Assembly: GCA_041483195.1 (NCBI GenBank)
Contig: JBGPFC010000004.1
Coordinates: 64,001-128,000, forward strand
Length of the DNA: 64,000 nt
Origin: Candidatus Eiseniibacteriota bacterium
GTDB lineage: Bacteria; Eisenbacteria; RBG-16-71-46
Reading direction: 5' to 3'
Below the pieces are notes generated by a model, which ran no database searches, was not told the DNA's origin, and saw only the letters and a list, made by a program, of their open reading frames with translations. Shown in pieces: positions 49,742-59,120 of this stretch. The first letter of the stretch is position 1. Each line of letters opens with the position of its first letter. The position numbers were made by a program, and so were the translations under genes.

Positions 49742-50998
49742 GTGTTCGCGCGACTGCTCGGCGCATCGTTGCGCGCACGCCGCGGGCGGCTCGCGCTCGC
49801 GCTCACGGCGGTGGCCCTCGGGGTCGCGGTCGCGATCTCACTCGCGACCCTCGCGCTCCAGGTGGGCGACGATCTCGCGCGCTCGCTGCGCGCCGCCGGA
49901 CCGAACTTCGTGGTGCTCCCGGCGGGCGCGCGAATGAGCGTCGATCTCGGCGGTCTCGCCATCGAGCCGGCCCGCGCGGGGCTCACGCTGCCGGAGGCCG
50001 ACGTCGCGCGGCTCAAGGATTCGTTCTGGAAGCACAACGTGCTGGATGCCGCTCCCGAGCTCGCGGTGACGGCCGGCATCGGAGGCACGCCCGCGCGCCT
50101 GATCGGCACCTGGTTCGACCGCGCGATCACGAGCGCCGACGGGCCGTGGAACACGGGGCTCATGCGCCTCCATCCCAACTGGAGCCTCGCGGGACGCTGG
50201 CCGCGCGATGGCGAGGACGAGATCGCGCTGGGCCGCGAGCTCGCGGCTGCGCTCGGCGTCGTCGCCGGCGCTCGCGTCCGCGTCGCGCTCGGCGGGCACG
50301 AAGCACAGTGGCGGGTCACGGCCGTGGTCACGGCGGGCGGGCTCGACGACCGCCGCGCGTGGGCGCCGCTCGATCGGGTGCAGGCGCTGGCCGACCGCCC
50401 GGGCGCGGTCGACCGCATCTGGCTCTCGGCGCTGGTGCGGCCGGCATCGCGCGAGATCGCGCCCGATCCGAAGCGCGATCCGCGCGGCTACGAACGCTAC
50501 ATGTGCACGGCCTATCCATCGGTGGTCGCCCGCGAGCTGGAGGAGCGCCTCGGGGCGGTCGAGGTGCTGCCCATGACCGAGGTCGTGGCGGGCGAGGCCA
50601 GCGTGGTCGAACGCCTCAACCTGCTCATGCTGCTGCTCGCGCTGGCGGCGCTCACCGCATCCGTCCTCGGCCTGCTCTCGACCACGACGGCGGCGGTGGT
50701 CGAGCGCAGCGTGGAGCTCGGATTGCTGCGCGCGCTCGGCGCGTCCGCGGGCCAGATCGCGGCGCTCCTGCTCGGTGAGACGATCATCGTCTCGCTCGCG
50801 GGCGGCGCGCTGGGCTTCTGGCTCGGGAGCCTGGGCGCTGCCGCGATCCGCGGGCAGACGTTCGGCACGGCGGCGCCGATCCAGCCGTTGCTGCTCCCAC
50901 TCGCGCTGATCCTCGCGCTCGCGGTCGCGTGCCTCGGAACGCTCGCGCCGCTGCGACTCGCGTTGCGCCTCGATCCCGCCGCGGTGTTGCGTGGCTAG
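49742..50998 (+). CDS. MacB/FtsX-type ABC permease (Fet-type)
   Basis: TM1, periplasmic domain, then 3 TM helices; FWKHNV, YMCTAYPS, ERSVELGLLRALGA, LDPAAVLRG. Confidence 0.88.
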   Translation: MFARLLGASLRARRGRLALALTAVALGVAVAISLATLALQVGDDLARSLRAAGPNFVVLPAGARMSVDLGGLAIEPARAGLTLPEADVARLKDSFWKHNVLDAAPELAVTAGIGGTPARLIGTWFDRAITSADGPWNTGLMRLHPNWSLAGRWPRDGEDEIALGRELAAALGVVAGARVRVALGGHEAQWRVTAVVTAGGLDDRRAWAPLDRVQALADRPGAVDRIWLSALVRPASREIAPDPKRDPRGYERYMCTAYPSVVARELEERLGAVEVLPMTEVVAGEASVVERLNLLMLLLALAALTASVLGLLSTTTAAVVERSVELGLLRALGASAGQIAALLLGETIIVSLAGGALGFWLGSLGAAAIRGQTFGTAAPIQPLLLPLALILALAVACLGTLAPLRLALRLDPAAVLRG

Positions 50999-52124
50999 CC
51001 CGCGCGCGCGCATGGAGCGCCGGCTGCTGCAGGCGGCGTTGTGGCGCAAGCGCAGCACCGTCGCGCTCGCGATCGTCGCGGTCGCGATCGGGGCGTCGGT
51101 CGCCTCCGCCCTGCTGCATGTCTCGGGCGACGTCTCGCGCAAGCTCACGCGCGAGCTGCGCGCGCTCGGGCCGAATCTGATCCTGGTCTCGAGCCCCGAA
51201 GCCGGGGCCGGCGCGGCCGCGACCGCTTCCGGGTTTCTCGATGAAGGCGTGGCGCGCGAACGCCTGGCCGCGGCCGGCATCGAAGGCGCCGCCCTGCTGG
51301 TGGTGATGGCCCGCGTCGGCGATCAACCGGTGCAGATCGTGGGCGCGGACCTCGCGGCGCTCAGGCGCCTGCACCCGTCGTGGCGGATCGCCGCCGGCGC
51401 GCAGGGTTCGCTCATGGGCGCTCGGCTCATGAAGCGGCTCGCGGTGCGCGCCGGCGATTCGCTCACCGTCGCGTTCGCGGAAGGCGGCAACGTGCTGCGG
51501 CTCCCGGCCGGCGCGCGGCTCGAGGCCGGCGGCGCCGACGACGAAGCCTGGTGGATCCCGCTGGCCGATGCCCAGTCGCTCGCGGGTCTCGAGGGACGCG
51601 TGAGCCTGGTCGAAGCGCGGATCGAGGGCGACGCCGGCGCGGCGGCCGGCACGGTCGCGTCGCTCGAGCGCGGCGGCGGCACGCACGCGCTGTTGCTCCA
51701 CGCGCTCTCCGCGACCGAGGCCGGGCTGCTCGCCCGCATGCGCCGCCTGATGGCGATGGTCACCATCGCCGCGCTGGTGGCGGCCGGGCTCTGCGCGTTC
51801 GGCACCCTCACCGATCTCGCGCTCGAACGGCGCCGCGAGATCGCGCTCATGAAGGCGCTCGGCGCCTCGCGCCGTGAAGTCGTGCGGCAGCTCGTCACCG
51901 AGTCGCTCGCGATCGGGTTGATCGGCGGCCTCTGCGGGTGGCTGCTCGGCCTGTTCTTCGCGCAGGTCATCGGCCGCGAGGTGTTCCACTCCGCGATCGC
52001 CGTGCACTGGCAGGTGCCGCCGTTGGTGCTCGCGCTCTCGCTCGCGATCGCGGGGCTCGCGAGTCTGGGTCCGGTGCAGCTCGCGCTCGCGATCGAACCC
52101 GCCGCCGCGCTGCGGGGGGAATGA
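50991..52124 (+). CDS. MacB/FtsX-type ABC permease (second Fet-type)
   Basis: ELRALGPNLIL, ERRREIALMKALGA, IEPAAALRGE. Confidence 0.88.
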   Translation: MASPRARMERRLLQAALWRKRSTVALAIVAVAIGASVASALLHVSGDVSRKLTRELRALGPNLILVSSPEAGAGAAATASGFLDEGVARERLAAAGIEGAALLVVMARVGDQPVQIVGADLAALRRLHPSWRIAAGAQGSLMGARLMKRLAVRAGDSLTVAFAEGGNVLRLPAGARLEAGGADDEAWWIPLADAQSLAGLEGRVSLVEARIEGDAGAAAGTVASLERGGGTHALLLHALSATEAGLLARMRRLMAMVTIAALVAAGLCAFGTLTDLALERRREIALMKALGASRREVVRQLVTESLAIGLIGGLCGWLLGLFFAQVIGREVFHSAIAVHWQVPPLVLALSLAIAGLASLGPVQLALAIEPAAALRGE

Positions 52125-52125
52125 G

Positions 52126-53211
52126 ATGGCGGCCATCCGGGTCCGACTCGACGGCGTGTCGCGCCACTACGGAAGCCTCAAGGCGCTCGACCGCGTCGAC
52201 CTCGAGATCCGAGCCGGAGAATGGCTCGCGGTGATGGGGCCGTCGGGCTCCGGCAAGAGCACGCTCGTCAATCTGCTGGGCGCGCTCGACCAGCCTACCG
52301 CCGGGCGCATCACCGTCGACGGGATCGACATCACGGCGCTGGGCGAGAGCGAGCGCGGCCGATTCCGGCGCGAGAAGGTGGGCGTGATCTTCCAGCAGTT
52401 CCACCTCTTTCCGTATCTGGACGCGGTCGAGAACGTGATGGTCGCTCAGCATTTTCATTCGGTCGCGGACGAGGGCGAGGCGCTCGAGGCGCTCGCGCGA
52501 GTGGGCCTCGCGGATCGCGCGCGTCATCTGCCCTCCCAGCTCTCGGGCGGCGAGCAGCAGCGGGTGTGCGTCGCGCGCGCGCTCATCAACGCGCCGCGCC
52601 TGATCCTGGCGGACGAGCCCACCGGCAACCTCGACGCCGAGAACGAGGACCGTGTGCTGCGGCTGCTCCAGTCGCTCCACGCCGAAGGCCACACGCTGGT
52701 CACGGTGACCCACGCGGCCAAGGTGGGGAACCTCGCCGATCGCCGCGTCGAGCTGCGGCATGGCGCGCTCGCCGATCTCACCGTGCCCAACGAGGAGATC
52801 GAGCGCCGCTACGACGAGGTGCTGGTGCAGATGTGGACTCTGATCGAAGACCGCCGCGTGCCGGACGCCAACCGGGTGCGCGTGCCCGACGTCGTGGACA
52901 ACCGCCGCACGCTGCTCGGCATGGTCGAGAGCGGCCTCATCCAGCAGGACGGCGCGTCGCTCGACTTCACCCCGCGCGGGCGGATCGCGGCGCGGGACCT
53001 GGTGCGCCGCCGGCGGCTGGCCGAGGTGCTGTTCTCCTCAGCGCTGCATCTCTCGGCCCCCGAGGTCGAGAACGTGGCCTGCCGGATGGAGCACATCATC
53101 GATCCCGAGGTCACGAACTCGATCTGCTCATTCCTCGGACATCCGCGTCAGTGCCCGCACGGCAAGCCCATCCCCTCCGGCCACTGTTGCGAGCTGCCGA
53201 TCATCTCCTGA
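52126..53211 (+). CDS. ABC ATPase (LolD/MacB-type) fused to a DtxR/IdeR-like metal-binding domain
   Basis: GPSGSGKST, FQQFHL, LSGGEQQR, ADEPTGNLD, VTH; C-terminal FTPRG...RRRRLAEVL...ACRMEH...LGHPRQCPHGKPIP..CC. Confidence 0.9.
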   Translation: MAAIRVRLDGVSRHYGSLKALDRVDLEIRAGEWLAVMGPSGSGKSTLVNLLGALDQPTAGRITVDGIDITALGESERGRFRREKVGVIFQQFHLFPYLDAVENVMVAQHFHSVADEGEALEALARVGLADRARHLPSQLSGGEQQRVCVARALINAPRLILADEPTGNLDAENEDRVLRLLQSLHAEGHTLVTVTHAAKVGNLADRRVELRHGALADLTVPNEEIERRYDEVLVQMWTLIEDRRVPDANRVRVPDVVDNRRTLLGMVESGLIQQDGASLDFTPRGRIAARDLVRRRRLAEVLFSSALHLSAPEVENVACRMEHIIDPEVTNSICSFLGHPRQCPHGKPIPSGHCCELPIIS

Positions 53212-53221
53212 GCGCGCGACC

Positions 53222-54058
53222 ATGATCGCCATCGGCTCGCGCGACCTCCCCGCGCTGCGCGCGCCTTACGCCGTGCTCGACGTGCGCGACGACGAAGCCT
53301 TCCGCCGAGGCCACCTCGAGGGGAGCGGCCACGTGCCGGCCGCGGCGCTTCGCGAGCGGCGCGCGGAGCTGCCATCGCGCGAGGCTCCGCTGCTGGTGGT
53401 CGCGGATCTCGGCGCGCGCGCGGCGGCGGCCGCGGCCGACCTCGAATCGCTGGGCTACTCGCGGGTCGCGTGGCTCGACGCGCCGCTCGACGCGGTCGGC
53501 GGCGGGCTCTCGGACCGAGCGCCGGCCGTTCCGCTGTGGCGGCCCGCGCCGTTCCTCGAAGAGGTCCTGCCCCGCCTCCCACGCGCAGGCAAGCCGCGCG
53601 CGCTCGACGTCGCGGCGGGAAGCGGACGGGACTCGGTGTACCTCGCGCTCAACGGCTACGCCGTTGAAGCATGGGACCGCGACGCCGAGGCCCTCGCGCG
53701 GGCCTCCGCGCTCGCCGCTCGCCACGGCGTTTCGATCGAGACCCGCACCATCGATCTCGAGCGCGAGGGGGTGGCGCTTCCCGCCGGGCGCTACGCGCTG
53801 GTGGTCTGCTTCCGCTACCTGCATCGTCCGCTGCTGCCGTCGATCGAGCGCGCGATCGCGCCCGGCGGACATCTCGTGCTCGAGACCTTCCGCGCGGGGC
53901 AGGAACGATTCGGGAAGCCGCAGCGCGAGCGATTCCTGCTGCGGCCCGGTGAGCTGCCGAGCGCGTTCGCGTCGCTCGAGATCGTCCAGTACGCCGAGCT
54001 GGAGCCGGCCGGCGGCCCCGTCACGGCGCGCCTGCTCGCGCGCAAGCCATCGGGCTGA
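53222..54058 (+). CDS. Rhodanese-like domain fused to class I SAM methyltransferase (TehB-like)
   Basis: VLDVR...GHLEGS; ALDVAAGSGRD, FRYLHRPL, PGGHL..ETF, FLLRPGEL. Confidence 0.8.
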   Translation: MIAIGSRDLPALRAPYAVLDVRDDEAFRRGHLEGSGHVPAAALRERRAELPSREAPLLVVADLGARAAAAAADLESLGYSRVAWLDAPLDAVGGGLSDRAPAVPLWRPAPFLEEVLPRLPRAGKPRALDVAAGSGRDSVYLALNGYAVEAWDRDAEALARASALAARHGVSIETRTIDLEREGVALPAGRYALVVCFRYLHRPLLPSIERAIAPGGHLVLETFRAGQERFGKPQRERFLLRPGELPSAFASLEIVQYAELEPAGGPVTARLLARKPSG

Positions 54059-54169
54059 GGTGCGCTCCCCGCCTGAACCAGCGGCCGTCGCCCGATCGAC
54101 CGCGCTGGTCGCGAGGCGATCGGGACGGCGTGCATCCCGGGCCGCACAACGGGTATGCTGCCCCACCCC

Positions 54170-55291
54170 ATGAACCGTTCGCCCTCTCCGATCACGGTGA
54201 CGACCGCCGCGCGCAGGCTCGCGGCGCCGCTGCTCGCGTTCGCCATCGCCTCCTGCGCCAAGGGCGGAGCGCGCGGGCCCGGCGGATTCGCCATGCCGCC
54301 CACTCCGGTCGAGGTCGCGGCGGCCCGGTCGCAGTCCGTGCGGGACCAGTTCCGCGCGCTCGGCAGCATCCAGTCCGACGCCACCATCCAGATCGTCAGC
54401 GAGCTGAGCGCGACCGTGACCTCGCTGCCGTTCGAGGAGGGTCATGCGGCGGCCGAGGGCGCGCTGCTCGCGCAGCTCGACGACCGCGAATTTCGGGCCG
54501 AGGCCGAGCGCGCCGAGGCCCAGCGCGATCAGGCGCGGGCCAACTACGAGCGGGCGCTCAAGCTCGCCGCGCAGAACACCATCTCGCCCCAGGAAGCCGA
54601 GGACGCTCACACCGCGCTCAAGGTGGCGGAGGCCGACGCCGCGCTCGCGGGTGCGCGGCTCGAGAAGACCCGGATTCGCGCGCCGTGGCCGGGGCTGGTC
54701 GGCGTGCGCCGCGTCTCCTCCGGCGCCTACCTCAAGGCGGGTGACGTCATCACCGAGCTCACCCGCGTGGACCAGATGAAGGTCGTGTTCTCCGCGCCGG
54801 AGCGCTACGCCTCGCTGCTGCGTCCCGGGGTCGCGGTCGTCATCACCACCCCGCCCTACCCCGACGAGTCGTTCGCCGGCGACGTCAGCGCGGTCAATCC
54901 GGTCGTGGATCCGCAGTCCCGCTCGATCCAGGTGGTCGCTCGCATCCGCAACGCCGCCGGCAAGCTGCGTCCCGGCATGTCGGCCGACGTCGCGGTCACG
55001 CTCGCCGAGCGCACGCGGGCGCTGGTGGTCCCGGACGAGGCGGTGTTCGCGGAGGGCAATCAGAGCTTCGTGTACGTCGTGAAGGACGACAGCACCGTGA
55101 CGCGCACCGCGGTCGTACTCGGCACGCGCGACTCCTCCCAGGTCGAGATCGTCCGCGGCCTCGCAGCGGGAACCCGGGTGGTGCGGGCCGGATACCAGAA
55201 GCTCTACGAGGGCGCGCACATCATGCCGGTGGCCGAGGCGGGCGAGCCCGCCCCGCGGGGCGGCGGCGCGCCCGCGAAGCACGGCCCATGA
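54170..55291 (+). CDS. RND efflux periplasmic adaptor (MFP) lipoprotein
   Basis: Lipobox AIASC, lipoyl halves, IRAPWPG, LRPGM, VVPDEAV. ATG 54155 lies inside a TATGCT -10 box, so 54170 is preferred. Confidence 0.9.
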   Translation: MNRSPSPITVTTAARRLAAPLLAFAIASCAKGGARGPGGFAMPPTPVEVAAARSQSVRDQFRALGSIQSDATIQIVSELSATVTSLPFEEGHAAAEGALLAQLDDREFRAEAERAEAQRDQARANYERALKLAAQNTISPQEAEDAHTALKVAEADAALAGARLEKTRIRAPWPGLVGVRRVSSGAYLKAGDVITELTRVDQMKVVFSAPERYASLLRPGVAVVITTPPYPDESFAGDVSAVNPVVDPQSRSIQVVARIRNAAGKLRPGMSADVAVTLAERTRALVVPDEAVFAEGNQSFVYVVKDDSTVTRTAVVLGTRDSSQVEIVRGLAAGTRVVRAGYQKLYEGAHIMPVAEAGEPAPRGGGAPAKHGP

Positions 55292-58200
55292 AGCTGAGCG
55301 AGACCTCGATCCACCGTCCGGTGCTCGCGACGGTGATGAGCCTCGCGATCGTGTTGTTCGGCGCGCTCGCCTTCACGATGCTGCCGGTGCGCGAGTACCC
55401 GGACATCGACTCGCCGGTGGTCTCGGTCTCGACCTTCTATCGCGGCGCCAATCCCCAGGTGGTCGAGACCGAGATCACCGACGTGCTCGAGGAACAGCTC
55501 TCGACCATCGAGGGCGTGAAGCTCATCACCTCCTCATCGCAGGAGCAGTTCTCCAACATCACGATCGAGTTCAATCTCAATCGCGACGTCGACAAGTCGG
55601 CCAACGACGTGCGCGACCGGGTGTCGCGGGTGCGCAGCCAGCTCCCGAGCACCTCCGACGAGCCGGTGGTCGCGAAGCAGGACGTCAACGCGCAGCCCAT
55701 CGTGTGGCTCGCCCTCTCCGGGCAGCGGTACTCGACGCTCGAGATCGCGGACGTCGCCAACAACATCCTCTCGGAGAAGCTGCAGCGCCTCGAGGGCGTC
55801 GGCGCGGTGTTCGTGGGCGGCAACCGGCGCTATGCGATGCGCATCTGGATCGATCCCCAGCGGCTCGCCGCCTATGGCCTCACCGTCTCCGATCTGGAGC
55901 GCGCGCTGCGCGCGGAAAACGCGGAGATTCCATCGGGACGCGTCGAGGGCCGCGGCCGCGAGTTCGCGGTGCGCACCCGCGGGGACCTCACCACCCCCGA
56001 GCAGTTCGCGGCGATCGTCGTCTCCCAGCAGGGCGACCGACCGGTGCGCCTCGGCGACATCGCGGTGGTGAAGCTGGGCGCCGAGGACGAGCGCACCATC
56101 GCGCGTTACAACCGCGCGCCGGCGGTGGGCCTCGGCATCGTCAAGCAGCAGAAGGCGAGCACCGTCGAGGTCGCTGACAACGTGCGCAGGGCGCTGCCCG
56201 GGCTGCGCGCGCTGCTGCCCGCCGGGATGGCGCTCGAGGTCGCGTACGACTCTTCGACCTTCATCAAGGACTCCATGCGCGAGGTCGCGCTCTCGCTCGC
56301 GGTGGCGGTGCTCCTGGTGTTCATCGTCATCTTCGTGTTCCTGGGCAGCCTGCGCGCCACGCTGATCCCGGCGGTCGCGATCCCGGTCTCGATCATCGGC
56401 ACCTTCACCGCCACCTACTTCCTCGGCTTCAGCCTCAACATCCTGACGCTGCTCGCGCTGGTGCTCGCGATCGGGCTGGTGGTGGACGACGCGATCGTCA
56501 TGCTCGAGAACATCTACCGCCACATGGAGATGGGCAAGCCGCGGATGCAGGCCGCGCTGGAGGCCGCGCAGGAGATCGGCTTCGCGATCGTCGCGACCAC
56601 CGTGGCGCTGGTCGCCGTGTTCGTGCCGGTGGCCTTCCTCACCGGACGGATCGGCCGGCTGTTCAACGAATTCGGCGTGGCGGTGGCGATCTCGGTGCTG
56701 ATCTCGGGTTTCGTGGCGCTGACGCTCACCCCGATGCTGTGCTCGCGCATCCTGAGGCGGCACACGCTCGGCCACGCGGCGGACGTGCCGGACGATCCGG
56801 AGGCAACGGTCGCCTCCGATGACGCCGGGTTTCCCGCGCGCGGCTGGCGCGCGGCATTCGACCTCGCGTGGGGCCGCTTCGAGCTCGCGTACGCCTCGAC
56901 GCTGCGCTGGGTGGTCCACCACCGCCGCACGGTGCTGGTCGGCGCGCTGGGGGTCACGGCCTCGATCGCCCTCCTGTTCCGCATGCTGCCATCGGAGCTG
57001 GTGCCCAGCGAGGACCGCGGGCTGATCTTCAACATCCTGTTCGCCCCGGAGGGCTCGACGCTCGAATACACGGACCGCTACATGCGGGTCGCGGAGGCCA
57101 TCTACGACGGCGTGCCGGAGAAGGAGAGCATGTTCACCGCGGTGGGGCTCTCGGGCGGCGGCGGCGGCCGCGTGACCGACGGCTTCATGTTCGTGCGGCT
57201 CAAGCGGCCCGATCAGCGCAAGCGTTCGCAGCAGCAGATCGTGACCTCGCTGTTCCCGCGCATGCTCGGCATTCCGGGCGTGCTCGCGATCCCGATCAAC
57301 CCGCCGAGCCTGGGCGGCGGGTTCGGACGGCCGGTGCAGTTCGTGCTGCAGGCCGAGACCTACGACCAGCTCCAGAGCGCGGTCGGGATCATGATGGCCG
57401 AGGCGCAGAAGCTGGGCTACCTGCTCAACCTCGACACCGACCTCAAGCTCAACAAGCCACAGCTCGAGGTGCAGATCGACCGCGACCGCGCGGCCGAGCT
57501 CGGGGTCTCGGTGGCCGACATCGGAAACACGCTCCAGACGCTGCTCGGGGGGAGCCAGGTCACGCGCTTCAAGCTCGGCAACCACCAGTACGAGGTCATG
57601 CTCCAGCTGCCGCCCCGTGACCGCTCCAGCCCCTCGATGATCGACGGGCTCACGGTGCGCGGGCGCGAGGGGCTGGTGCAGCTCGCGAGCGTCGTGAAGG
57701 TGGTCGAGAAGGTCTCGCCCCGCGAGCTCAACCACTTCAATCGCGTGCGCTCCGCGACGCTGGTCGCGAACCTCGCCCCCGGCGTCACCATCGGCAAGGC
57801 GCTCGACGATCTGCGCGGCGTCGCGCGCCGGGCGCTCCCGGCCGGGGTCCGCACCGATCTGGCGGGCGAGTCGCGCGAGTTCGCGGAGTCGAGCGGCGGC
57901 CTCTACTTCCTGTTCGTCATCGCGCTGGTGTTCATCTTCCTCGTGCTCTCCGCCCAGTTCGAGAGCTTCGTGCACCCGCTCACCATCCTGCTCTCGGTGC
58001 CGCTCGCGGTGTTCGGCGCCCTGGTGTCGCTGTACGCGCTCCACATGACGCTGAACATCTACTCGCAGATCGGGCTCATCATGCTGATCGGGCTGGTGAC
58101 GAAGAACTCGATCCTGATCGTCGAATACGCCAACCAGCGGCGCGCGCGCGGGATCGAGCTGATCGAGGCGGTGATGGGCGCCGCGCGCGTCCGGTTGCGT

Positions 58201-58476
58201 CCCATCCTCATGACCACGCTCTGCACGGTGTTCGGCGTGATGCCGATCGCCCTCGGACTCGGCGCCGGCGCAGAGTCCCGCAAGCCGATGGGCGTCGCCG
58301 TGGTGGGCGGCATGCTGTTCTCGACGTTTCTCACGCTGGTGGTGGTGCCGGTGGTGTACACGCTGCTCGCGAGGTGGGCGGGCGCGCCGAAGGCGGTGAC
58401 GGCTCCGGCCCGCGAGACGCCGGACGCTCCCGCCGCCGCCGCCGCGCTTGCGCGCGGCGCGGCCGAACCCTTCTAG
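55288..58476 (+). CDS. RND efflux permease (HAE1/AcrB family)
   Basis: RPVLATV, REYPDID, GLVVDDAIVMLENI, TKNSILIVE, RLRPILMTT. Confidence 0.95.
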   Translation: MKLSETSIHRPVLATVMSLAIVLFGALAFTMLPVREYPDIDSPVVSVSTFYRGANPQVVETEITDVLEEQLSTIEGVKLITSSSQEQFSNITIEFNLNRDVDKSANDVRDRVSRVRSQLPSTSDEPVVAKQDVNAQPIVWLALSGQRYSTLEIADVANNILSEKLQRLEGVGAVFVGGNRRYAMRIWIDPQRLAAYGLTVSDLERALRAENAEIPSGRVEGRGREFAVRTRGDLTTPEQFAAIVVSQQGDRPVRLGDIAVVKLGAEDERTIARYNRAPAVGLGIVKQQKASTVEVADNVRRALPGLRALLPAGMALEVAYDSSTFIKDSMREVALSLAVAVLLVFIVIFVFLGSLRATLIPAVAIPVSIIGTFTATYFLGFSLNILTLLALVLAIGLVVDDAIVMLENIYRHMEMGKPRMQAALEAAQEIGFAIVATTVALVAVFVPVAFLTGRIGRLFNEFGVAVAISVLISGFVALTLTPMLCSRILRRHTLGHAADVPDDPEATVASDDAGFPARGWRAAFDLAWGRFELAYASTLRWVVHHRRTVLVGALGVTASIALLFRMLPSELVPSEDRGLIFNILFAPEGSTLEYTDRYMRVAEAIYDGVPEKESMFTAVGLSGGGGGRVTDGFMFVRLKRPDQRKRSQQQIVTSLFPRMLGIPGVLAIPINPPSLGGGFGRPVQFVLQAETYDQLQSAVGIMMAEAQKLGYLLNLDTDLKLNKPQLEVQIDRDRAAELGVSVADIGNTLQTLLGGSQVTRFKLGNHQYEVMLQLPPRDRSSPSMIDGLTVRGREGLVQLASVVKVVEKVSPRELNHFNRVRSATLVANLAPGVTIGKALDDLRGVARRALPAGVRTDLAGESREFAESSGGLYFLFVIALVFIFLVLSAQFESFVHPLTILLSVPLAVFGALVSLYALHMTLNIYSQIGLIMLIGLVTKNSILIVEYANQRRARGIELIEAVMGAARVRLRPILMTTLCTVFGVMPIALGLGAGAESRKPMGVAVVGGMLFSTFLTLVVVPVVYTLLARWAGAPKAVTAPARETPDAPAAAAALARGAAEPF

Positions 58477-59108
58477 TCGCGCTTCAGACGGCGGCCGATC
58501 ACGTCGACCACGACGTAGAGCGCGAGCATCACCGTGGCGGCCGCGACGAACCACAGCAGCTTCGTGCGCATCAGGTGGCCCAGCGCGTCCGGGTTGTCGA
58601 GCAGGCCCGGCTGGTCCGCCAGCACCCGCGCGCCGAACCACGCGAGCACCGTCGACCACAACCCGGAGCCGATCAGCGTCGTCACCGAGAAGCGCGCGAA
58701 AGGCATGCGCGCCGCGCCGGCGGGCAGCGACACCAGGTGCCGCACCACCGGGAGCAGCCGCGCGAAGAAGATCCCCGCCGTCGAGTAGCGGTTGATCCAG
58801 CGCTCGGCGAGCATCCACTTGCTCTCGGGCACGAGGACGAAGCGCCCGTAACGCAGGATGAGCGGGCGCCCCACGCCGCGCGCGACGCCGTACGAGAGCG
58901 AGGAGCCGGCCCAGGATCCGAGCGTCGCGGCGATCACGACGCCCCAGAAATTCATCTCGCCATGCGTCGCCCAGTAGGCGGCGGGCGGAACCACCAGCTC
59001 GCTCGGGAGCGGCAGCACGGTGGACTCGATCGCCATGAGCACGAAGATTCCGGCGTAGTGCCAGTCACGGATCAGGTGAAACCACTGGGCGAACAGGTCG
59101 TGGAACAC
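58473..59108 (-). CDS. DedA family protein
   Basis: MAIESTVLPLPSELVVPPA, FFARLLPVVRHLVSLPAG. Confidence 0.92.
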   Translation of the reverse strand: MFHDLFAQWFHLIRDWHYAGIFVLMAIESTVLPLPSELVVPPAAYWATHGEMNFWGVVIAATLGSWAGSSLSYGVARGVGRPLILRYGRFVLVPESKWMLAERWINRYSTAGIFFARLLPVVRHLVSLPAGAARMPFARFSVTTLIGSGLWSTVLAWFGARVLADQPGLLDNPDALGHLMRTKLLWFVAAATVMLALYVVVDVIGRRLKRD

Positions 59109-59120
59109 GCCGCCTCCGGG

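Noticed and set aside
54170..58476. RND pump as part of the metal operon
   Set aside because: HAE1-type rather than CzcA/CusA-type motifs; separated by 111 nt with its own TATGCT -10 box.
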